Assembly (NCBI RefSeq): GCF_006345805.1
Contig: NC_042997.1
Location: 36,146,001-36,210,000, forward strand
Origin: Octopus sinensis
Lineage: Eukaryota
Direction of reading: 5' to 3'
DNA length: 64,000 nt
Shown: positions 53,059 through 64,000 of the stretch, piece by piece
Layout: the number at the start of each line of letters is the position of its first letter
How positions within the stretch are numbered: position 1 is the first letter of the stretch
Position numbers and translations under genes: made by a program
Notes under the pieces: model-generated
Databases searched by the model: none
What the model was told of the DNA's origin: nothing
Seen by the model: only the letters and a program-made list of their open reading frames with translations

Positions 53059-53457
53059 TCTTTATATATAAAAGAGAGGTTGTGTGCTGTCTGTCTCCTA
53101 CGATTTAGATTCCTAACTACGCCCACATTTTGCGTTGCAGTTTAACCAAAAGCGGGTATCTTATAGTCGTGATTCATATCGAGCCCTTCTGGGTATTGGC
53201 GCGCGTCTACGATGAGTCTACAATTAAAAGAAAATTACCATCATTTGTTTCCATTTTAATGCATTTTTTCGCTATTATATAAGGGAAGTAACTCTCTAAA
53301 AATGTCTACGATGAGTCAACGATTTAAAAAAAATTACCATCATTTTTTTTCCCATTTTTAATGCATTTTTTGGCTATTTTTTTGGCTATAACTCTCTAAA
53401 AATGCTTATATAGTTATTTCCCTTACAAACCCGAGCAACGCCGGGCGATACTGCTAG
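53059..53457 (+). mobile_element. Non-autonomous Helitron (399 bp)
   Basis: A|TC at 53059, hairpin at 53430-53445, CTAG|T at 53454-53458; close homolog of 12812-13210. Confidence 0.9.
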
Positions 53458-54260
53458 TAATAAATATAGGAAATACTTAATGGCAATCAAATATTTCAAA
53501 CAAGGACCCAATAACAATACGCTGAAAAATAAATGAATAAATATATATTTAATGTTCTGTATAAAGTAGATCGTAGAGATTTATACACTACTGGTCGATT
53601 CCGCGGATGTATAGCAATGGATTTTCTCGTTTCCATAAACTCAAGAAGACATATATTTTTAATTCTCTTACGTATTAAAATATATAGGTTTGTATACAGA
53701 ACTTAGACCTATTACTATTGAAATCTACATGGCCTCACGATGAAAAAAAAAAAAACATAGTTGCCATTTTAACTATATCTTGATAGTCTATATATTACAC
53801 TGACGCTTTATTAATACACATAATGTATATCTAATAAGAAATAAGGGAAATGAATATATTTATATTCTAAGCAATATCAAAGAAAGAAATAGATTCTACC
53901 ATAATTGCACAATATATTTTCGTTAATGATAAATGAAACTTGAAATCTATTACATGTAAATGACAAAATACTGTTACTACAGGGTTTGAGGAATATTCAT
54001 CTCCTAAATTATACAGATATGAAATCGCTTTCCATTGCCGATATTACTGGTTTTTAATATACTAAGGCTCAACCTTTTTACATATTTATTTATTAATCTA
54101 TCCCCAACACGCACACACACAAAAAGGTGTGTGTATGTATGCATATGTATGTGTATCTCTCCCTTCCCTCTCTCTCTCTCTCTCTCTCTCTCCCTCTATA
54201 TATATATATATATATAAATACATATATACATACATATATATATATATATATGTAAGTATA

Positions 54261-54311
<51 letters not shown>

Positions 54312-54443
54312 GTAAGTGTATATGCGCAAACACACACGCATATCGCCTACAGGGCTCCACTCCGGATTTCTTTGAAGGTTGTCTCCTTTCCGTAAAACTG
54401 AATAGGGGCTCATACTGGGCACTGTCAGTCGGAGCCAGCTGCC

Positions 54444-54481
<38 letters not shown>

Positions 54482-54719
54482 TATAAACGCAGATTAGATA
54501 AAACAGGGAACAACTGGTGTAGGAATGTTCTTTATGTTGCCTGCCTCGTTTCTCTTTTTGTTCACATGTTTTTCATCCTGTACCCGTATATGCATGTACA
54601 TATACATACATATATATATAAGTATATATATTATATATATATATATACATATATATGTTTATATATGTATATATATATATATATATATATAATAGTTATG
54701 TACATATATGTATGTGTGC

Positions 54720-54765
<46 letters not shown>

Positions 54766-55118
54766 TATATTATATTATATATATGAGACGAAAGCAATAA
54801 ATGGAATAAAGGAACTCAACACGGTGTCTTAAAAAAAATTCTATTAGCTTGCCGCTGAAAGGAAATGGGAACGTTCCTAACGCTTTTGAAGCTAGTTAAT
54901 CGTCAGAAGAGAAATGAATAAGGTAAACGCTTAATCAGAGGGTAAGAGGAAAAATATTTGCAGTTAAGAAATGCTGGCGAAGGTTTGAGGATTAAATTGA
55001 CATGCAGTCCTACATATCGAGTTGCGAAGGTGTTATGAAACATAGATAAGCGCGGTATATGTAAGTATAGTGTAGTGAGTGGTATGGGTATCAGGTTAAA
55101 ATGGACATGTTTATGAGT

Positions 55119-55152
<34 letters not shown>

Positions 55153-55172
55153 ACACACACATGCATATACAG

Positions 55173-55815
<643 letters not shown>

Positions 55816-55842
55816 AATGAAGAATACACACACATACATACA

Positions 55843-55845
<3 letters not shown>

Positions 55846-55926
<81 letters not shown>
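55846..55926. repeat. Long pure (TG)n
   Basis: Directly visible. Confidence 0.97.
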
Positions 55927-55930
<4 letters not shown>

Positions 55931-56639
55931 TGTGTATGTGTGTGCAAACAGTATGTGGCAAGGAAATAACATAAATGTTATATGAAGCTATTTGTCTAGC
56001 GATAGTGTTCATGACATGTGATAAGAGTACATTCATACACCTAATACGCTACTATTATCTTTTAGTTAGCATAGAGGTTGGGCCTCCTGCACGACAGGTG
56101 ATTACGGAGGAATGATGCCACGGAGATTCGTGCTGCAGATGGCAGCCAGTTAGCTCGCTTGCTAGATAAATAGATGTGGTGAGTATATCAGAATACGAAT
56201 TCATATACATATATATACACACTTAAATAATATATAGATACATGCATACACACACACATATATATATAAATGCGTAAATACATATATATCTTCTATCTAT
56301 ATCTTATATTACTGGCATCAGTCTTTGGATTGAGGCTAGTCTGGGGAACCACGTTGAAGTGTTAGTCGGACAAATCGAAAAGAATACTTAATTTTAAAGA
56401 CTGCTATTAATTCTTCGCTTTCTGGAGAACGTTTTAAGTTACAGGGAGGGAAATCAAAACCACTTTTCAACGGGGGTCGGCTAGAAATAAATGTTCAAAG
56501 ACGTACGTTTCGACAAACACACATGCACAGCGCCTCAAAAATGGTAGACACACTTTTACAGCAGATTGCCGAAATCTTTCTTTCTTTTCAGATTTCACAC
56601 ATCAGAATTAACACTTTTAATAAATGTTACCGGAAATAT

Positions 56640-57595
56640 AAAAACGCACTTGAAGTGCAAAATTAGAATAAAAGAGAGTTTCAATCAGATCCGCCTACGC
56701 AGATAACCGTCTTCGAACCAGTAAGGAATTTGAATCTGATGGAAATGTACAGGATATACTCAGGACCCGTTCCAGAAGACCACAGGGGTCAACTGACCCC
56801 AGAAAGGAAGAAAAGCTACTGGTAAGTCTTCACATAAATCTGCTTGGCAAGCAAACCATAACGTACATATTTCTAAAACGTCTGACCATCGTTATTTTGA
56901 AGCGCTGCCATTGGAAAGGTTGTATCTCAACATTAGTCCATGCTCATAATTATAGACGATACAGACGGAAGAATGGAGTTTTGCAAATGGTATGATTAGA
57001 TCTACGCTTTCCAATAAAATTTGTATTGAGTGATGAAGCTGCATTTAAATTAAATGGTTCAATTGCCCATATTTGGGTGCTGTAGTAAAAAGATAAAGGT
57101 ACCTTCTCCAGTCATGCAGACTCATTAAGGCCAATTTCTCGGTGTCCATGGCGTATAAATTCCCTGCATCTCTGTCACAGGATCACTTATTTTTGACAGC
57201 TGAGTGGATTGGAGCAACGTGAAATGATGTGTTTTGTTCAAGAACGCAACACGTCGCCCGGCCCACTATTCGAAACCAAAATCTTGCGATCATGATTGTA
57301 ACATCCTAACCACAAAGCCACGTGCCTCCACGCAAAGGTGTATGATTCTACCTGAATGAGATCTTGTCAGACAGGTGTATTGGAAGAAGAGGTCTATCCT
57401 CATTCACCAGACCTCACACCTTTAGACATTTTTTCTGATGGTGATATTTAAAAATAAAGTGTTCGCAACTGAGAGTTGTCACTGGATTAGAATGCACTCA
57501 AATAACTAATGAAGGAGAATCCATCATCAAGCCGGGACTGCACCCGAAAACATTTATCTTCAGATATAGACGAGAACGATGTGGTAAAGTGTTGA
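56640..57595 (+). mobile_element. Tc1/mariner-superfamily transposase remnant interrupted by a SINE
   Basis: RRMEFCKW..SDEAAFKLNGS, and after the SINE, IGRRG..SPDLTPLD.F....KNKV. Confidence 0.7.
57085..57330 (-). mobile_element. SINE family C (tRNA head plus CORE-like domain)
   Basis: Minus strand ggaggcacgtggctttgtggttagg...ggtttcgaa...tcatttcacgttgctccaatccactcagctg. Confidence 0.75.
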
Positions 57596-57597
57596 GG

Positions 57598-57812
57598 TGT
57601 GGAGCAGGCAGAATCGCTAGCACACCGGGCAAGATGCATAGCCGCATTTGGTAGGTATATATCTTTTGAGTTTGATTTTCACCCAGGTTGGCTTTTGCCT
57701 TTTATCCTTTCCAGTTCGGTAAAGGAAATACAAATTCGGCACTGGGGTGGGTGTCACCGATTAGCCCTCTCACCCGAAATTGCTAGATCAGTGCCAGTTA
57801 AAGTGTTAAACT
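57598..57812 (+). mobile_element. SINE family B, degenerate
   Basis: ggcagaatcgctagcacaccgggc...gcctttatcctttcc. Confidence 0.75.
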
Positions 57813-57879
57813 AAAACGAAATATTAATGGAGAAACACAACAGTGCAGAAAAAGTTTGCGACAGAGCAAATATATGCAA

Positions 57880-58200
57880 TGAAAACCGCATATTACCCAA
57901 CTAACTCAGGGGGAAAAGAACACTGAATATTGAGAGTTTGCTTAATCCACCTCATTCTCCTCACGTTGCGTCATGTGGCTGCCAACATTTTGTATCATTG
58001 CAATATCATTTAAAGAATGATCTTGAATATTTCTTTGTCTCAAAACACGAAGAATTGTGTGCCTGAGGGATAAACAAGTTGCCAAGTAGCGGGTATTAAC
58101 TTATCAATAATAAGATGAAATATTACCGTGATTAAATATATCAATTCAGACAAAAGAAGCATTTGTCTCTTTCCCATCTTGAAAAGCGACAAGACTTACA
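57880..58200 (+). mobile_element. Mariner transposase C-terminal remnant
   Basis: Decayed HPPYSPD-like segment, then YFFVSK...GINKLPS and a terminal-repeat-like end. Confidence 0.6.
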
Positions 58201-58511
58201 ATATGTATGTATATAGGTACGCATGCATATATGTAGCATGTATGTATGTATATATGTATGTATGGCGATGGAAAGAGGAAAAATAGAAATCAGAATATAA
58301 ATATACTTATATATTTTTCAATATATAGCTAAATCAACGGTGATTCAAACGACGAGGATTTCGTGTTAACGTATGAAATACTTGGCTCTTGACTCTATTG
58401 CTTATTATATTATACATACATATATATATATATAATATTATATATATACATATATATATATATACATACACATACATACATACAAACATACGTACATACT
58501 TACATACGTAA

Positions 58512-58543
<32 letters not shown>

Positions 58544-58554
58544 GTATGTATACG

Positions 58555-58700
58555 ATGGGCTTTTTTATTTCCTCCTAACAAATTCAATGAGAGGTCTGTC
58601 GTCGGGTGGAGGTTATAAGAGAAAACACTTGCCGAAGGTGCTGCGCAATGGGGCTGAGCCCGAAACCATGTGTTTTGGATGTAACTTTCTTCATGCAGAT
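58555..58700 (-). mobile_element. SINE family A head, degenerate
   Basis: acacttgccgaaggtgctgcgcaatggggctgagcccgaaaccatg. Confidence 0.7.
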
Positions 58701-58788
58701 CACAGTTGAGCCTATATAGGTATATTTAAAAAAAAATTATTTCATCTACTTTTTGATCATGAGCTGTGGCCATGCTGGGGCACTGCCA

Positions 58789-58834
<46 letters not shown>

Positions 58835-58957
58835 TATATATATATATGTATATATATATATGTATGTATGTATGTATATTTATATGCATATATATGTATA
58901 CACATATCTATATATGAATATGTATATATATATATATATAATATAATATATATATAT

Positions 58958-58967
<10 letters not shown>

Positions 58968-58994
<27 letters not shown>

Positions 58995-59275
58995 TGTGTA
59001 CAGTGCTCAGGGGCACTACAACTCATCTAAAGTGTATATATAATCAGGTGTAGTTTCGGCGGATTTCGGTGCAGTGTCATGGCAGTCAACAACTGACGCA
59101 GGCAGTTTATTCCATGCTTCAGCAACTCTGAGCGTGAAAAAATGTTTCAGAAAGTCATGGGAGCTGTGTTGTTTTCTGACTTTGTAGGCATGTCCACGTG
59201 TGTTAGACACATGGAGATCAAAAAGGTGTTCAGTGTTGTTGTTGGTGAGGTGGTTGACAACTTTGTGGGTTATGT
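58968..59275 (-). mobile_element. CR1 LINE 3' end with (ATT)n tail
   Basis: HLFDLHVSNTRGHAYKVRKQ..HFFTLRVAEAWNKLPASVV (TRGH...FFxxRVVxxWNxLP motif), followed by (ATT)n. Confidence 0.88.
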
Positions 59276-59276
59276 A

Positions 59277-59307
<31 letters not shown>

Positions 59308-59329
59308 ACAGTGTTTGGGCAGAATAATG

Positions 59330-59540
59330 GCAACACCTAGCATCATAGCATCACAATTTTGAAATAGCTATATAACCGCCAAAAGCTCGGAAAACCTATT
59401 TAACCATCTTACATTCTCTCTGATGAAGGAATATCCATAATATCCCAGAAACAGGTGTAAGACTATATGCATATCACTTTCCTTAGAAATATCCTGAAAA
59501 CTCCTCACAGCCTTGGCTTTGTGAACCTCATTTTATCTAA
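59330..59540 (+). mobile_element. Short Penelope-like segment with a second type of hammerhead motif
   Basis: TCT CTGATGA A GGAATAT CCATA ATATCCC A GAAA C AGGT GTA AGA at 59417-59462. Confidence 0.55.
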
Positions 59541-59604
59541 TATATGTGTGCGTATGTGTGCATGTATGTATACATACACACACATACATACATACATATA
59601 TATA

Positions 59605-59646
<42 letters not shown>

Positions 59647-59812
59647 TAGGCAACTATGTGGATTAAGGAATTTGGTACATCAAATATATTACATATATTA
59701 CATGTATTAGTTTTGGTATGAAATACAAAATACCTACATAGGTATACATGTACAACCAGAGAAAGCAAAAAACGCTGAGACTTTCAGCTGATGAATCTTT
59801 AAGTATATATAT

Positions 59813-59865
<53 letters not shown>

Positions 59866-60116
59866 CCAACTTACAGAGAATTAGAAAAAAAGCAGAGAAA
59901 ATCACGCGGGTGGAAGAAAGATGTTATAAGTCCAGATAATTTTCTTAATACCTGCTCAAATTCATCCCTGTTATAGACTTTTTAAACCTTGTGGAATGCT
60001 TTCCTGTAAATCATCGAAGTTTCAGTTTGAATTATTTAAGTATGATCAAGTTTCTTCAATCCGGAGATTATCTGCATCTCATCTGTGTACTACACTCAGT
60101 CACATACACAGACACT

Positions 60117-60177
<61 letters not shown>

Positions 60178-60267
60178 CAAAATAGGACAAGAACGCAAAA
60201 CATTCAGATAGACGATACGAAAAAACGGACGGGTTATTCGAAGCCTCTAATCTTCAGTCAAGAACCA
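60178..60267 (-). mobile_element. Family D short repeat between (TA)n tracts
   Basis: Homologous to 43185-43268. Confidence 0.6.
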
Positions 60268-60287
60268 TATATATATACATATATATA

Positions 60288-60378
<91 letters not shown>

Positions 60379-60704
60379 CATCAATTACACTTAAAATGTA
60401 AATATTTATATTATTCATAGTGACATTGAAATTTCTTCTGACGATGGCTTACGTAGTCGAATCATAAATAATTACGCGTACATACATACATACACACATA
60501 CATACATACACACATACATATATACAGAGAAAAATTTTTGCGGAATTTACGTGCAACTTACATCTAAGTGTACGAGTTTGAATGAAATGAAAATACGAAA
60601 CTATTTGCGCGAAAAAGTGCATATATACAAAGTACTGGATGACGATCTACATAAGTGTATACTTGCCTATGTGAGTGCGCATTCTGTATGCGCGCATGTG
60701 TTTT

Positions 60705-60912
60705 ATATTTTACGTTTTGCTTTATGGTTTTCAACCAGAAGCTGAGGCCAAGCTGGTGCACCGCCTTTACTGCATCCTGGGATTTTTGCAGTATTTCTCT
60801 TGCGAAGTAGCAAGTTGGACGTAGCCGCTCTTCTTTGCGACACCTTCCGTGATGTAGGTTCACCCGGAATTGCAGATAAAATACGGTCAAGTTGTTTTCT
60901 GAAGACTTCCAT
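60705..60912 (-). mobile_element. CR1-group LINE extreme 3' end
   Basis: EVFRKQLDRILSAIPGEPTSRKVSQRRAATSNLL (cf. FKxxLDxxLxxVPDEP...RAAxSNSL); the tail is shared with SINE A. Confidence 0.8.
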
Positions 60913-60999
60913 ACACACACACATACACACACACGCACACACACACATATATATAAATAAAATATATATATAATATATATATATATGTACATATATATA

Positions 61000-61041
<42 letters not shown>

Positions 61042-61228
61042 TATATATACATAATTCATTATATAGTTATATGAGATATCAGTTGAATAACTCGGAACTG
61101 GGAGTTTTAAAAGAGTAACATATACTCCACCAACCATTATTGAGTTATCCTTCGACTGAATGTCATGTTTTTACTATATATAGCTCAATATAAAAGGAAA
61201 CTCCATGTGTGTGTGTATGAATGTATGC

Positions 61229-61306
<78 letters not shown>

Positions 61307-63543
61307 GTGTGTGTGTATGTGTATACAAATATACATTTATATACATATATATTGAGATATATATGTTTATTTTTCTATCTTTAAAATTAAATCACTTTTT
61401 TCAGAGGTCTTGTATAAGGTTAACTTTCTCCCATAACATAACTTTGTAAGATCTTTTCTAGAACGCTTGTAGTTTTCTTGCTTTAGGTTTGACCTTATCG
61501 TCACACGGTTCAAAATATTTAGTGAACAAAATCACCCCAATTTTCTGACATCAAATCACATTAAATGAAATTTACTTCTTTTAGGACAGAGATCGATAAA
61601 ATAAACGCCATTCACGTACTAAGATCAACTCACTCGAATTATCCTGCTTAACATATGCTGCATACTAATATAATGTATCTTTCAATGCAGCAGAGCCAAA
61701 GTAACTGATACGTCTTACAACGATCAGACTTGAATTAGGAATTTCACAATTCTATATTAACTTTATTACGTCTGATTCAATTAACTACCGTCGAACACTT
61801 AACAAACCTGGCCATATTGAAATATAAAGTATGTAGTTAATTTTAATGGTATACGATGTCTCCTTGTTCGTTTATTTCTCAATGTCGTAGTTTAATATGT
61901 GCATTGACGACGCAAACAATATTACTAAAGTAAGAATTTGTTACTAAAGGTTTGTATAACATATGTTCATAATTTCTTCCATAATTCCATCATTAACTCA
62001 AGTTATGAAGTTTTGGAATTTTAAAGAGCGCATACAAAGAAAATGTTCATTAATTAATTATCTCTTTCTCTCATCTTTGCATACATTGATTCTCTTCAGC
62101 TGTATGTTTTGAGTGAAATGTTTATTATACAACTTCAATTGTACAAGAACGAGCAGATGAACTGAATTACGACTTATAGGATTTTTAGTTCACTTTTAGT
62201 GAGCGATGTTTAGTAAGCATTAATTTATTGGAAATGCTTGTAAAGGAACCTTTTCTTTTATACTCGAACGCATGGTGGAAAAGAATCAGTAGTTATTCAA
62301 CACTAGATAGAATATGAACAAATTGCAATTTATGTTCTAGTTATGATGACATTGCCTGCTATGGCAGGTGCAAATCTATTAATCGCATGACGATTATTAA
62401 ATTTATGATCCGTAATATTCAAATTGATACTATCATCATTAGTGTTGCGACTGCATCTTGTTCTCCTTTAATGATTGTTGATCATTAACTTTGGTTTAGT
62501 ATTATTTCAATAAACTATATGTTTGTGCAGAAATATGTGGACTACATAAATATTTTGCTCAATATACATGCACACATATAACATGCCCATATACTTGTGT
62601 GTGTGTGAATGTGTGTCCGTGTGTGCGGCGCGTGCGAATGCGGGTGTATGTACACAACGCGTACTTTACTTTGATTGTTATTTGATCCGAGAAATCAAAA
62701 CTAAAATGTTATAGTAATGTTGTACAACTAGTACTTTTGATACATCAAAATACGGGTATATATTTGTTTGTAGACGTTTATGCTTCTATGCGTATGTATA
62801 CGCGTGCATGTACATGCATGTGTGTATGTGCGCGTGAATGTTAGTGGGAGTGAGCGATGTTCAAGCTTTAAAGTTATCCATGATAAACAAAAGAATATTC
62901 AGACGACGAAATTTAATAAATATACCCATTTTTAAATAACCATTTAGCTGCAGTTTTATTTCCTGTCACACGCAACGTAGATTGGAAAGTGTATAATATA
63001 TTTCACTAGCCGTACATTGTTTCCCTTTGATCGGATATGTGACAATTTCCAGAGTTTTGTGGGTACAAGTAGTAATTAATTGTAAATAAAAATGCAACAG
63101 AATAAGCTTCGGAGTATTTTGGAGGACAGGTGGAAAGTAAGGGACTGTGCTGTTAAAAGCGTTATACTGTACACGGCAGGAAACAGGATCTCTGAAATTG
63201 GATGCTTAAAAATGTCTATGTGTGTACTATAGTCTTGTAAAAACATTATTTATGGCGGATAATTTAACAAAGCAACATATCAGTTATTGCGAAACCACAT
63301 ATAAATCGTACTCTGGTAAATAGAAAAATCAGATCATTCAGTTTTGCTTCTAGTGAGCACACATGTATGCACACGGACGCAGGCATGCACACGCACTCAC
63401 ATATAAACACGCACACACAACCACGCTCTCTCTCTCTCTCTCTTTCTCTCTCTCTGTCCGTTGCAGTGCATCATACGTTCTGCGTGTATGAGTGCTTATG
63501 TGTGTGATAGTGTATTAATACGAACACACACACACGACTTACA

Positions 63544-63581
<38 letters not shown>

Positions 63582-63884
63582 TGCACGCACGCATATTTAC
63601 GCGTACATTAATGCTTTTACTTCAAGTTCTATATCAAACAGCTGGACACGTAGATGGAGCACTTAATATTTTAAATATTGGGGAAGAGAATTTCCTCCTC
63701 TACATGCACGACCAACAATTCTTCAAATTTTCAAGCAGCTCCACCATTACAAGCCACTTTGCCACCTCTTGAACGTAGATATTTTCTGTTCGGGACGTTA
63801 ACTATACGCATTATATGAGCATTATGCATAAAAGACATAAGCCATCATAGATTCATACTGATTTCTTTCATATATGTATATTTG

Positions 63885-64000
63885 CAGGAGTGGCTATGTG
63901 GTAAGTAGTTTGCTTACCAACCACATGGTTCTGTGTTCAGTCCCACTGTGTGGCACCTTGGGCAAGTGTCATCTACTATAGCCTCGAGCCGACCAAATTC
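63885..64000 (+). mobile_element. SINE family A head (runs off the window)
   Basis: gcaggagtggctatgtggtaagtagtttgcttaccaaccacatgg...gttcagtcccactgtgtggcaccttgggcaagtg. Confidence 0.9.

Noticed and set aside
54860-54915. Minus-strand CTGACGA...GGAACGTT hammerhead-like motif
   Set aside because: The GAAA box is broken and there is no helix I pairing.
60438-60470. CTGACGA-T-GGCT(TACGT)AGTC-GAATC-ATA
   Set aside because: Helix II is plausible, but the GAAA box is mutated and helix I is at most 2 bp; too decayed to call.
63590-63772. Plus-strand terminal-exon-like frame (VLYQTAGHVDGALNIL...)
   Set aside because: Weak acceptor, no recognisable homology, and the 5' part is microsatellite.

Overview
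AT-rich, microsatellite-dense eukaryotic DNA, almost certainly a coleoid cephalopod (Octopus-like), inferred from recurring tRNA-derived SINE families and the (TA)n/(CA)n density. I can support no intact protein-coding gene. Most ORFs in the supplied track are translated microsatellites. The window reads as intronic or intergenic sequence layered with mobile-element fossils: three to four SINE families, CR1-, RTE- and RLE(R4/NeSL)-type LINE fragments, mariner/Tc1 and Chapaev3-like transposase remnants, non-autonomous Helitrons and a fold-back MITE. Best leads: (1) short, microsatellite-associated Penelope-like elements carrying type I hammerhead-ribozyme folds with a variant core (A6U, an extra A after A9, loop-less palindromic helix III) and a compensatory helix I change between copies, plus a second hammerhead family at 59.4 kb; (2) a recursive-splice-like site (polypyrimidine-CAG|GTAAGT) with a 108-nt stop-containing RS-exon on the minus strand; (3) a CR1 3' end sharing its tail with the dominant SINE, a likely partner LINE; (4) several structures that would form dsRNA if transcribed. 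Family names come from motif recognition, no database search was run, and fossil boundaries are approximate.
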